A stretch of DNA of 63,793 nt, filler included, from Reclinomonas americana ATCC 50394 (GCA_048213135.1; 21 parts of 21 records of this genome joined end to end with filler, not necessarily neighbours in it); one strand, 5' to 3'. Shown: positions 1-10,586, numbered from the whole stretch's first letter. Notes: a model not told the origin generated them from the letters alone. A program made the numbers and translations.

Positions 1-297
1 AGTATCAAGCTTGCTCTTTTTTCTCTCTCTCTCTCTCTCTCTTGGGCGAGGCCAGTGCGCGCAACTCGCCGCCAATCACACTCAAGTCGCGCACAGGCAA
101 GTTCGACAGTGAGAGAGTGTGTGTGGTGGAGTTGAAGGCCTGTCGCACCACCTTTGAGAAGAGAGAGGGATGTTACATAACCGCGATTGCAGAAACGCAA
201 TATCAAGCTTGCTCTCTTCTCTCTCTTGGGCGATCGCGAGGCCAGTGCGCGCAACTCGCCACCAATCACGCTCAAGTCGCGCACAGGCAAGTTCGAC
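1..297. repeat. Direct duplication (~100-bp unit, ~200-bp spacing) downstream of the WD40 array
   Basis: tatcaagcttgctct..(ct)n..tgggcga..ggccagtgcgcgcaactcgcc.ccaatcac.ctcaagtcgcgcacaggcaagttcgac occurs at ~3-107 and ~201-297. Confidence 0.8.
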
Positions 298-332
298 CAG
301 AAACGCAAACGAATTCATTCACCGAAACGATG

Positions 333-1415
333 TCACAGATGCAGTTGTGGATCCACGAGACATCGATGCACCACAACCTCCGCCTCCTCCACCATGAAGC
401 AGCGCAACACAAGCTCCGGCAGACAGCGAGGGTCTGCCTCCTCGCCCTCACAGCACTGCAACTCCTGCACCGCCTGCCTGGCCATGCGCGCTGCGTCCAG
501 CTCGCACCGTGCAAGGCCGCAGGGCGTGGACCACACACGCACAGTGTTGTCCATACTCCCACTCACAGTGTACTGACCGCAGGGGGCGATGGCAACAGAA
601 AACACCCATCCAGCGTGAACCATTTGTTGCACTTCCTTGCCACTCGCCAACGACCACACTCGCACAGTGCTGTCGCCTCCCCCACTCACCACATGCCGAC
701 CATCGGGGGTGACGGCGACAGAGTATATCTGCCTGCGATGTCCCTCCATTCGCCACACCTCCTCTCCACTCGCCAGCGACCACACTCGCACGGTCTTATC
801 CTCGCTCCCACTCACAACATGGAGGCCATCTGGTGTGACGGCAATACTCCACACACCCCAAGTATGTCCCTCCAACCGTCGCACCTCCTCTCCACTCGCC
901 AGTGACCACACGCGAGCTGTCTTGTCCTCGCTTCCACTCACCACGTGCCGACCATCGGGTGTGACGGCGACAGATCGCACATAGTCGGCATGACCCTCAA
1001 GCTGTTGGACCTCCACGCCACTCTCCACAGACCACACTCGCACGGTCTTGTCGAACCCTCCACTTACAATGTGCTGTCCATTGGGAGTGATGGCCACTGA
1101 CTCTATGCCTCCGTGGTCGCCCTCCAGTTGTCGCACCAGTTCCCCAGTTGCCAGTGACCACACGCACACCGGGCCACCATCACTCCCGCTCACTATGTGC
1201 TGGCCATCGCGAGTCACAGCGACAGACCACACCACACCAGTGAGCCTAGTCTCTTGTCGTGCTTGCGCTCCACTCGCCAGTGACCACACTCGCACTGTCT
1301 CGTCGTGACTGCCACTCACAATGCGTTCACCATCGGGAGTCACGGCGACAGATCGTACCCAGAGAGTGTGTCCCAGCAGCACGTGCTTGCAGAGGAAGAG
1401 AGGAGCGCCGGACAT
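333..1415 (-). CDS. WD40 array gene 1: 7 WD40 repeats + conserved C-terminal tail (360 aa), intronless
   Basis: 7 copies of LEGHxxxVxSVAVTPDGxxVVSGSxDxTVRVWSL, then STPCGLAR...DPRCLPELVLRCFMVEEAEVVVHRCLVDPQLHL*. Confidence 0.93.
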   Translation of the reverse strand: MSGAPLFLCKHVLLGHTLWVRSVAVTPDGERIVSGSHDETVRVWSLASGAQARQETRLTGVVWSVAVTRDGQHIVSGSDGGPVCVWSLATGELVRQLEGDHGGIESVAITPNGQHIVSGGFDKTVRVWSVESGVEVQQLEGHADYVRSVAVTPDGRHVVSGSEDKTARVWSLASGEEVRRLEGHTWGVWSIAVTPDGLHVVSGSEDKTVRVWSLASGEEVWRMEGHRRQIYSVAVTPDGRHVVSGGGDSTVRVWSLASGKEVQQMVHAGWVFSVAIAPCGQYTVSGSMDNTVRVWSTPCGLARCELDAARMARQAVQELQCCEGEEADPRCLPELVLRCFMVEEAEVVVHRCLVDPQLHL

Positions 1416-1665
1416 GGATGGAGAGAGAGAGAGAGAGAGAGAGAGCAGAGGGGGAGATTCAGCTCGTCAAACGTGGACCAAACGTGTGTGTTTGCGTTTT
1501 AGTTGGGACACGCATGACTTCGACTTCGGCAGGCTTCTTCCATCTACGTTGACAACAACAAACTCCGTTGTTCATTTTAACAGGTACAAGAGAAATGGAG
1601 GCAGACGTTCACAGCCTGCGCGACCACAGAACATCTGCATCGGCGTCTGGGATCTTTGCCTATTC

Positions 1666-2748
1666 TCAAAGGTGCAATTGTGGATCCACGAGACATCGAT
1701 GCACCACAACCTCGGCCTCCTCCACAATGAAGCAGCGCAGCACCAACTCTGGCAGACAGCGAGGATCTGCTTCCTCGTCGCTCACGAACTGCATCTCCTG
1801 CACCGCCAGCATCGCCATGCGCGCACAGTAAAGCTCGCGCCGAGCAAGGCCGCACGGCGTCGACCGCACTCGCACTGCCTTGTCGTAACAGCCGCTCACG
1901 ATGTGTTGACCATTGGGAGATACAGTGACAGACTTTACCCAGTAAGCGTGATCCATTCGTCGCACTTCCTCGCCACTTACCAGCGACCACACTCGCACTG
2001 TCTTGTCATTGCTCCCGCTCACCACATGCTGACCATCGGAAGTGACGGCAACGGAGTACACCTGCCTGCGATGCCCCTCCAGTCGCAGCACCTCGTCTCC
2101 GGTTGCCAGTGACCACACTCGCAGTGTCCCGTCCCCACTCCCACTCACCGCGTGCTCACCATCGGGAGTGACGGCAACAGAGATCACCACACCAGTGTGG
2201 CCCTCCAACCGACGCACTTCTTCTCCATCCGCCAGTGACCACACGCGAACTGTCGTATCCAAACTTCCACTCAAAAGAAGACGACTATTGGGAGTGAAGG
2301 CGACCGCGTACACACAATGAGTGTATCCCTCCAACCGTTGTACCTCCTCGCCACTCGCCAGCGACCACACCCGCACAGTTTTATCATAGCTCCCGCTCAC
2401 GATGCGCTGACAGTCGGGCGTGACGGCGACAGCAGCCACCGCACCGATGTGTCCCTCCAACTGGCGCACTTCCTCTCCGCTCACCACCGACCACACTCGC
2501 ACAATGTTGTCAGCACCTCCGCTGACAATGTGTCGACCATCGGGAGTGACGGTGACTGAAAAAACTTGACCATTGTGCCCCTGCAGTTGTCGCACTTCTT
2601 CTCCACTCGCCAGCGACCACACTCGCACAGTCTCGTCGTGACTGCCACTCACAATGCGTTCACCATCGGGAGTGACGGCGACCGAGCTCACCAAATCGGT
2701 GTGCCCTTCCAGTACGTGTTGGCAGAGGAAAACAGGAGCGGTGGACAT
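1666..2748 (-). CDS. WD40 array gene 2 (7 WD40 + tail)
   Basis: ORF 1666-2850; start set at the paralog-conserved MSTAPVFLC (ATG 2748). Confidence 0.92.
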   Translation of the reverse strand: MSTAPVFLCQHVLEGHTDLVSSVAVTPDGERIVSGSHDETVRVWSLASGEEVRQLQGHNGQVFSVTVTPDGRHIVSGGADNIVRVWSVVSGEEVRQLEGHIGAVAAVAVTPDCQRIVSGSYDKTVRVWSLASGEEVQRLEGYTHCVYAVAFTPNSRLLLSGSLDTTVRVWSLADGEEVRRLEGHTGVVISVAVTPDGEHAVSGSGDGTLRVWSLATGDEVLRLEGHRRQVYSVAVTSDGQHVVSGSNDKTVRVWSLVSGEEVRRMDHAYWVKSVTVSPNGQHIVSGCYDKAVRVRSTPCGLARRELYCARMAMLAVQEMQFVSDEEADPRCLPELVLRCFIVEEAEVVVHRCLVDPQLHL

Positions 2749-3012
2749 TGTTGAGAAAATAAGAGAGGGGGGCGTTGTTGGCTCTCTCCAAACTTGAATT
2801 TGACTGTCAAAAGTGCCGGACAAGATGACTTCGCCGTGGAAAGACTTCATCCACCCAAGTTAGGCTTGTTTACTGAAACAGATGCAAAGGGCACGAAGAG
2901 AAATAGAAGGCAAGCGTTGACACGAGTCTGGATCCGGAGAGGCGCAGTCGGCCATTTCAAGTGCACCACAGCGTATGACCTGGGAACCATCATCCGCGAT
3001 CTCCAATACTTC

Positions 3013-4101
3013 TCACAGGTGCAGCAGTGGGTCTACGAGGCAGCGATGTACCAGAACCTCCGCCTCCTCCACAATGAAACAGCGCAACACAAGCTCCGGC
3101 AAACAGCGAGGATCTACCTCTTCATCATCGCTCACGAACTGCATCTCTTGCACTGCCAGCATTGCCGATCGCGCTGTGTCGAGCTCGTGCCGAGCAAGAC
3201 CGCACGGCGTGGACCACACTCGCACAGTATTGTCCAAACTACCGCTCACCACATGCTGACCATCGGGAGAGACGGCAACAGAAAGCACCCAGCAAGTGTG
3301 GCGCCTCAGCTGTCGCACTTCCTCGCCACTCGCCAGCGACCACACTCGCACTGTCTCGTCACCGCTCGCACTCACCACATGCTGACCATCGGAAGTGACG
3401 GCAACGGAGTACACATGCCTGCGATGACCCTCCAGTCGCAGCACCTCGTCTCCGCTTGCCAGTGACCACACTCGCACTGTCCCGTCCCCACTCCCACTCA
3501 CCGCGTGCTCACCATCGGGAGTGACGGCAACAGCGTTCACCACACCAGTGTGGCCCTCCAACCGACGCACTTCTTCTCCATCCGCCAGCGACCACATGCG
3601 AACTGTCTTGTCCAAACTCCCACTCACCACACGCTGACCGTCAACAGCGACTGCGACAGACGTCACGGCTGCAGTGTGTCCCTCCAGTCGCCGAACTTTT
3701 TCTCCGCTTGCCAGTGACCACACTCGCACAGTCCCATCCCCACTCCCGCTCACCACATGCTCACCATCGGGAGTGATGGCGACAGCAGCCACCGCACCGG
3801 TGTGTCCCTCCAACAGGCGCACCTGTTCTCCAGTCGCCAATGACCACACCCGCGCAGTATTGCCATAAACGCCACTAACAATGTGTCGACCATCGGGAGT
3901 GACGGCGACTGAATACACGCGGCCAATGTGCCCCCGCAGTTGTCGCACTTCATCTCCACTCGCCAGCGACCACACTCGCATGGTGTGGTCGTAACTGGCA
4001 CTCACGATGTGTTGACCATCAGGGGTGACAGCGACTGAGGTCACCCAGGAAGCGTGCCCTTTCAGCACGTGCTTGCAGAGGAAGAGAGGAGCGGTGGACA
4101 T
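3013..4101 (-). CDS. WD40 array gene 3 (7 WD40 + tail)
   Basis: ORF 3013-4221; conserved start MSTAPLFLC at 4101. Confidence 0.92.
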   Translation of the reverse strand: MSTAPLFLCKHVLKGHASWVTSVAVTPDGQHIVSASYDHTMRVWSLASGDEVRQLRGHIGRVYSVAVTPDGRHIVSGVYGNTARVWSLATGEQVRLLEGHTGAVAAVAITPDGEHVVSGSGDGTVRVWSLASGEKVRRLEGHTAAVTSVAVAVDGQRVVSGSLDKTVRMWSLADGEEVRRLEGHTGVVNAVAVTPDGEHAVSGSGDGTVRVWSLASGDEVLRLEGHRRHVYSVAVTSDGQHVVSASGDETVRVWSLASGEEVRQLRRHTCWVLSVAVSPDGQHVVSGSLDNTVRVWSTPCGLARHELDTARSAMLAVQEMQFVSDDEEVDPRCLPELVLRCFIVEEAEVLVHRCLVDPLLHL

Positions 4102-4401
4102 AAGTGGGAGGGCGAGCAGGAGGAGAGAAAAAGGATGTTTCCAGCTGGGAGTATGGGCGTGAAGAAGAATGTGCCGGGACAAGATTGACTTCGACATCAA
4201 GTCAGCTTCCTCCGCCGACAATTAGAATAAGCAAGCTTTACTGACATACACGCAAAGGAGTTCCAGAAAGGAGGCAGGTCGTTCAGATACGACGAGTCTG
4301 CAGCGACATCGACGTTGGCCAGCAATGCACCGAGGCACGCGTCACCACGACGCACGACCTCTGCTTCGGCGAGAACCATCGTCCATGACCTTTGCTTCTT
4401 C

Positions 4402-5496
4402 TCACAGGTGCAGTTGCGGATCTGCGAGGCAGCGACGTACCACAACCTCCGCCTCCTCCACCATGAAACACCGCAACACAAGCTCCGGCAAACAGCGAGG
4501 ATCGACCTCTTCACCATCGCTCACGAACTGCATCTCTTGCACCGCCAGCATTGCCGATCGTGCTGTGTCGAGCTCGCGCCGAGCAAGGCCACGCGGCGTG
4601 GACCACAGTCGCACAGTGTCGTCCAAACTACCGCTCACCACATGCTGACCGTCGGGAGAGACGGCGACAGACCACACACCCTCAGTGTGTCCCTCCAGCC
4701 GTTCTTCTTCCTCCCCACTCGCCAGTGACCACACACGCACTGTCCGGTCATTGCTCCCACTCACAACACGCAGACCATCGGGGGTGACGGCGACAGACAC
4801 AACTTGTCCGCTGTGCCCCTCCAGTCGCCGTACCTCCTCTCCACACGCCAGTGACCACACTAGCACAGTCGCATCCTCATCCCCACTCACAGCATGGAGA
4901 CCATCTGGTGTGACGGCAACTGAGAACACCCTCCCCGTGTGTCTGAGGAAACATTGCACTTCTTCTCCGTTCGCCAGTGACCACACGCGAACTGTCGTAT
5001 CCAAACTCCCACTCACCACATGCTGACCATTGGGGGTGACGGCAACAGACCGCACAATGCTCGTGTGTCCCTCCATTCGCAGATCGAGAAGTTCTTCTCC
5101 ACTCGCCAGCGACCACACCCGCACAGTCTTATCGACACTCCCGCTCACGATGCACTGACAATCGGGAGTGACAGTGACAGTAGCCACCGCACCGGTATGT
5201 CCCTCCAACAGGCGCACCTGTTCTCCAGTCACCAACGACCACACTCGCACGGTGCTGTCATGACCGCCACTGACAATGTGCAGACCATCGGGAGTGACGG
5301 TGACTGAATACACGCGGCCAATGTGCCCCTGCAGTTGTCGCACTTGTTCTCCACTCGCCAGCGACCACACTCGCATGGTGTGGTCGAAACTGGCGCAGAC
5401 AGCATGCTGACCATCAGGGGTGATGGTGACTGAGCTTACCAAAGATGTGGGCCCCTGCAGCACGTGTTTGCAGAGGAAGAGAGGAGTGGTGGACAT
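4402..5496 (-). CDS. WD40 array gene 4 (7 WD40 + tail)
   Basis: ORF 4402-5628; conserved start MSTTPLFLC at 5496. Confidence 0.92.
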   Translation of the reverse strand: MSTTPLFLCKHVLQGPTSLVSSVTITPDGQHAVCASFDHTMRVWSLASGEQVRQLQGHIGRVYSVTVTPDGLHIVSGGHDSTVRVWSLVTGEQVRLLEGHTGAVATVTVTPDCQCIVSGSVDKTVRVWSLASGEELLDLRMEGHTSIVRSVAVTPNGQHVVSGSLDTTVRVWSLANGEEVQCFLRHTGRVFSVAVTPDGLHAVSGDEDATVLVWSLACGEEVRRLEGHSGQVVSVAVTPDGLRVVSGSNDRTVRVWSLASGEEEERLEGHTEGVWSVAVSPDGQHVVSGSLDDTVRLWSTPRGLARRELDTARSAMLAVQEMQFVSDGEEVDPRCLPELVLRCFMVEEAEVVVRRCLADPQLHL

Positions 5497-5754
5497 ATGA
5501 GAGAGAGAGAGAAAGAGAGAAAAGGGAGAGGAAAGCGATGTTTCGGCTCGGAGGATGTGTGGGATCGAGAAGAATGCCGGGACAAGATTGACTTCGACAT
5601 CAACGCTTCCTCCAATAATGACAAGCAAGCTTCACTGACATACACGCAGAGGAGTTCCAGAAAGGAGGCAGCTCAGTCAGACACGACAAGTCTGCAGCGA
5701 CATCGACGTAATGCACCGAAGGCCACAGCACGCGCACCTCTGAATCGAGGAGAA

Positions 5755-6861
5755 CTATCGTCCGCGATCTCCACAAAGGTGGAGCCGCGGATCTACAAGG
5801 CATCGATGCACCAGAACCTCCGCCTCCTCCACGATGAAACAGCGCATCACCAGCTCCGGCAAACAGCGAGGATCTACCTCTTCATCATCGCTCACGAACT
5901 GCATCTCTTGCACTGCCAGCATTGCCGATCGCGCTGTGTCAAGCTCGCGCCGAGCAAGACCGCACGGTGTGGACCACACTCGCACTGTCTCGTTGTCACC
6001 ATCGCAAACGATGTGCTGGCCATCGGAAGTGACGGCGACAGACAGTACCCAGTCAATCTGTCCCTCCAGTCGCTGCACCTCCTCCCCACTCACCAGTGAC
6101 CAAACGCGGATTGTGCTATCAGCGCTCCCGCTCACCACATGCTGACCGTCGGGGGTGACGGCGACAGACCACACAGAGTCAGTGTGTCCCTCAAATCGAT
6201 ACACCTCGTCGCCACTAGCCAGTGACCACACTAGCATGGTCGCATCCGCACTCCCACTAACAATGTGCTCACCATCAGGAGTGACGGCGACAGACCATAC
6301 CGACAAAGAATGTCCATTCAGCCGCCTCACCTCGTCGCCACTCGCCAGCGACCATACGCGAACTGTGTTATCGGCGCCCCCACTCACCACATGCTGACCA
6401 TCGGGGGTGACAGCCACAGATAGCACCCCCACAGTATGTCCCTGCAGTCGCCGAACTTCCTCTCCGCTTGCCAGCGACCACACTCGCACAGTCTTGTCAT
6501 TGCTGCAGCTCACGATGAGCTCACCGTCGGGAGTGACAGCGACAGAGTGCACTCTTCCAGTGTGTCCCTCCAGTCGCCGAACTTCGTCTCTGCTCACGAG
6601 CGACCACACGCGCACTGTCTTATCGACACTCCCGCTGACAAAGTGCTTAGAATCGGGAGTGACGCGAACACAATTCACCCAACCAGTGTGCCCCTCCAAA
6701 CGTCGCACTTGTTCTCCACTCACACGAGACCACACTCTCACTGTGGTGTCTTGACTGCCACCCACGATGTGCTGGCCATCGGGAGAGACTGCGACACACC
6801 GCACTGCTTGGGTGTGCCCTTCCAGTACGTGTTGGCAGAGGAAGAGAGGAGCGGTGGACAT
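5755..6861 (-). CDS. WD40 array gene 5 (7 WD40 + tail, extended C-terminus LHLCGDRGR)
   Basis: ORF 5755-6957; conserved start MSTAPLFLC at 6861. Confidence 0.92.
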   Translation of the reverse strand: MSTAPLFLCQHVLEGHTQAVRCVAVSPDGQHIVGGSQDTTVRVWSRVSGEQVRRLEGHTGWVNCVRVTPDSKHFVSGSVDKTVRVWSLVSRDEVRRLEGHTGRVHSVAVTPDGELIVSCSNDKTVRVWSLASGEEVRRLQGHTVGVLSVAVTPDGQHVVSGGADNTVRVWSLASGDEVRRLNGHSLSVWSVAVTPDGEHIVSGSADATMLVWSLASGDEVYRFEGHTDSVWSVAVTPDGQHVVSGSADSTIRVWSLVSGEEVQRLEGQIDWVLSVAVTSDGQHIVCDGDNETVRVWSTPCGLARRELDTARSAMLAVQEMQFVSDDEEVDPRCLPELVMRCFIVEEAEVLVHRCLVDPRLHLCGDRGR

Positions 6862-7173
6862 GGTGGGAGAAGAGAAGGGAGAGAAAGAGAGAAAAGGGAG
6901 AAGAAAGCGATGTTTCGGCTCGGAGGATGTGTGTGATCGAGAAGAATGCGGGGACAAGATTGGACTTCGACATCAAGCAAGGCTTCATCCGCCGACAATA
7001 ATGACAAGCAAGCTTCACTGACATACACGCAGATGAGTTCCAGAAAGGAGGCAGGTCGTTCAGACATTAGTCCGCAGCGACATCGACGTCGGCAGGCAGA
7101 GCGCCGAAGGCCACAGCACGCGCGACCTCACGCGCGACCTCTGCATGGAGGAGAACTATCGTCCGCGATCTCC

Positions 7174-7822
7174 TCAATGGTGGAGCCGCGGATCTACAAG
7201 GCATCGATGCACCAGAACCTCCGCCTCCTCCACGATGAAACAGCGCATCACAAGCTCAGGCAAACAGCGTGGATCTGCCTCTTCTTCACTCTCGCACTGC
7301 ATCTCCTGCACCGCCAGCATTGCCGAGCACGCCGTGTCGAGCTCGCACCGAGCAAAGGAGCAAGGTGTTCCCCACACTCGCACCGTGCCGTCGTAACACC
7401 CGCTCACGATGTGTTGACCATCGGAGGTGACGGCCACAGACATCACCGTATCATGGTGCGCCTCCAGTCGTTGTACTTCTGCCCCACTTGCCAGCGACCA
7501 CACTCGCACTGTGTTGTCACTGCTGCCGCTCACCACATGCTGACCGTCGGGAGTGACGGCGACAGATAGTACCCACTCAGTGTGTCCCTCCAGTCGCCGC
7601 ACCTCCTCGCCACTTGCCAGCGACCACACTCGCAATGTANNNNNNNNNNNNNNNNNNNNNNNNNNNNNNNNNNNNNNNNNNNNTTAATTAATTAANNNNN
7701 NNNNNNNNNNNNNNNNNNNNNNNNNNNNNNNNNNNNNNNTTGGGAGTGGCAGTGACAGACCATACATCGCCGGTGTGCCCTTCCAGGTCGTGTTTGCAGA
7801 GGAAGAGAGGGGTGGTGGACAT
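7174..7822 (-). CDS. WD40 array gene 6, interrupted by an assembly gap
   Basis: N-terminus MSTTPLFLCKHDLEGHTGDVWSVTATP at 7740-7822; last WD40s and tail at 7174-7635; gap 7640-7739 (could hide further copies). Confidence 0.8.
7640..7739. other. Artificial contig linker N44-TTAATTAATTAA-N44 (first of 20)
   Basis: The same 100-bp linker starts at 7640, 10414, 12162, 15188, 17205, 19769, 21871, 24788, 28226, 30732, 37321, 39218, 40663, 44095, 46224, 47381, 51289, 53465, 56840 and 61593; the 12-mer gives stops in all six frames. Confidence 0.97.
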
Positions 7823-8119
7823 GGGTGGGAGAAAAGGAGGGAAAGAGAGGAGGGGGGAGGATGTTTCGGCTCGGAGAATTATACGTAGATGACGAGCGTG
7901 ATGTGTCGGGACAAGATTGACTTCGACATCAAGCAAGGCTTCCTCTGCCGACCATTATGACAAGCAAGCTTCACTGGCATACACGCAAAGGAGTTGCAGA
8001 AAGAGGCAAGTCGGCGACATCGACGTTGGCCAGCAATGCGCCGAAGGCCACAGCACGTGCGACTACGACGCACGACATATGCATTGAGGAGAACTATCGC
8101 CCGCGATCTCCGATACTTC

Positions 8120-9208
8120 TCACAGGTGCAGTCGCGGATCCACGAGGCATCGATGCACCACAACCTCGGCTTCCTCCACGATGAAACAGCGCATCACTAG
8201 CTCCGGCAAGCAGCGAGGATCTACCTCATCATCATCGCTCACGAACTGCATCTCCTGCACCGTCAGCATTGCCGATCGCGCCGTGTCAAGCTCCCGCCGA
8301 GCAAGACCGCAAGGCGTGGACCACACTCGCACCGTGCTGTCGTAGCCGCCGCTGACAACGTGTTGGCCATCGTGAGTGACGGCGACAGACCACACCTCCC
8401 CAGTATGTCCCCTCAGCAGTTTTACTTCCTCCCCACTCACCAGCGACCGCACTCGCACTGTCCGGTCACTGCTCCCACTCACGATATGCCGACCATCGGG
8501 AGCTACGACAACAGAAAACACTCGGTCGGTGTGTCCCTCCAGTCGCCGCACCTCCTCTCCACTCGCCAGTGACCACACGCGGAGTGTCTTGTCTTCACTC
8601 CCACTCACAACATGGAGACCATCTGGTGTGACGGCAACTGAGATCACCACACCAGTGTGGCCCTCCAACCGACGCACTTCTTCTCCATCCGCCAGCGACC
8701 ACACGCGAACTGTGTTGTCCAAACCCCCACTCACTACGCACTGGCCATCAGGAGTGACGGCGACAGACAGCACGCTCCTAGTGTGCCCCTCCAACCGTTG
8801 CACCTCCTCGCCACCTGCCACAGACCACACTCGCACAGTCAAGTCGGCGCTCCCACTCACGATGAGTTCGCCATCGATGGTGACAGCAACAGCGTTGACC
8901 GCACCAGTGTGTCCTTCCAGCCGACGCACCTGTTCTCCAGTCGCCAGCGACCACACTCGCACAGTCTTGTCAGCACTTGCGCTTAGAATGTGTCGATCAT
9001 CGGGAGTGACAGTCACAGACATCACCCAGTTGGTGTGCCCCTGCAGTCGTCGCACATGTTCCCCACTTGCCAGAGACCACACGCGCACGGTGCGGTCGTA
9101 ACTGCCGCTCACGATGTGCTGTCCATCGGAAGTGATGGTGACTGAGCTTACCCAGTAAATGTGTCCCTGCAGCACGTGTTTGCGGAGGAAGAGAGGAGTG
9201 GTGGACAT
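8120..9208 (-). CDS. WD40 array gene 7 (7 WD40 + tail)
   Basis: ORF 8120-9310; conserved start MSTTPLFLRK at 9208. Confidence 0.92.
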   Translation of the reverse strand: MSTTPLFLRKHVLQGHIYWVSSVTITSDGQHIVSGSYDRTVRVWSLASGEHVRRLQGHTNWVMSVTVTPDDRHILSASADKTVRVWSLATGEQVRRLEGHTGAVNAVAVTIDGELIVSGSADLTVRVWSVAGGEEVQRLEGHTRSVLSVAVTPDGQCVVSGGLDNTVRVWSLADGEEVRRLEGHTGVVISVAVTPDGLHVVSGSEDKTLRVWSLASGEEVRRLEGHTDRVFSVVVAPDGRHIVSGSSDRTVRVRSLVSGEEVKLLRGHTGEVWSVAVTHDGQHVVSGGYDSTVRVWSTPCGLARRELDTARSAMLTVQEMQFVSDDDEVDPRCLPELVMRCFIVEEAEVVVHRCLVDPRLHL

Positions 9209-9463
9209 GGGTGGGAGGGAGAGCAGGAGGAGAGAAAAAGGATGTTTCCAGCTGGGAGGATGTGCGTGTTTTGAAAAAGAATGTGTCGGGACAGGATTGA
9301 CTTCGATCAAGGCTTCCCCCAGTTATGACACAAGCTTCACTGACATACATGCAAATGAGTTCCAGAAAGGAGGCAGGTCGTTCAGATACGACGAGTCTGC
9401 AGCGACATCGACGTTGGATACAGATCTAATACACAAAAGAACTCCTTCACTTCATATATCGTT

Positions 9464-10548
9464 TCACGGTAATCTATCTCGTTTCCGCTCCCACACTCGA
9501 CCGTACAAGGCCGCCGACACCATTCCGCTGCCGGAAAACGTCGACGCGCCCAGCTCTTGCGTATTTCGCGCCCTGCTCAGCGCCTCCTGCATGGCGTCGG
9601 CGTCGTCCAGCGAGTGCGTAAGCACCGGTGGTGGCGTCAACCACCACGTGGCATCGGCGCGCGACAGCACCGCACCGCCATTCATCAGCACCACCGGGAA
9701 CACAAAGGTGTCGTCGGAGAAGCGACCGCGAATGGTAAAGTAGTCGAACACCGTGTCGGCAAAGAACACACGATCGAGGCACGTCGCGTCGTCCGAGTTG
9801 CGGCAGCGGAACAGGGCGCACACCTGCAACTCGACTCCGAGCTTGCTGCTGACGCCGTCAAAGACGCCCACCGCGTACGTGGCATCGGTGGCATTGGAGA
9901 AGCGCGAGCCGGGCGACTGGTGGCTCACCGAGAAGGAGAACTCGCAGCAAAAGTCGTTCTGTCCACACACCTCCACATTGGTGTCGTAGGCACCCGGCTC
10001 CGCCTCAAACACCTCCATGGTGAACTCGTCCTTGTCGGCCAGCAAGTCGACCGGTGGGTTCCACGGAGGTCTGCGCAGCGCCGCGGGGATTGGCGGTGGC
10101 GGCTCCGGAGTCACCTCGGCCTGCACCACAGACACCAGCATCTCGCTCTTGGGCTCGAACGGCGAAACATTAACAAACGTCGCCACGGCGTCGCCGCGCA
10201 CAAAAATGCCCGAGCCAGTCATGCTCTTCGAGGGGTCGTCGAGGTTGGCCGCCAGCAGGACCGATTGCGTGGAGCGTGACCAGGCTTGTTGGATCTGTGA
10301 GGGAAGGGGGGGAAGGGGGAGGGGGGGAAGGGGGAGAAGGGGGGGAGGGGGGAAGGGGGGGAGGGAGGAAGGGGGAGGGGGGAAGGGGGGAAGGGGGGGA
10401 GGGGGGAAGGGGGNNNNNNNNNNNNNNNNNNNNNNNNNNNNNNNNNNNNNNNNNNNNTTAATTAATTAANNNNNNNNNNNNNNNNNNNNNNNNNNNNNNN
10501 NNNNNNNNNNNNNCTCTCTACTACTACTCTCTCTCTCTCTCCTCTCTC

Positions 10549-10586
<38 letters not shown>

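Noticed and set aside
42..9101. Many plus-strand ORFs (RQRPHSH / PLASDHTRT repeats) opposite the WD40 genes
   Set aside because: Antisense shadow frames of the WD40 repeats
333..9208. 126-bp periodic repeats as a CRISPR array or satellite
   Set aside because: The periodicity equals 42-aa WD40 coding repeats inside intact ORFs; no spacer structure and no cas genes
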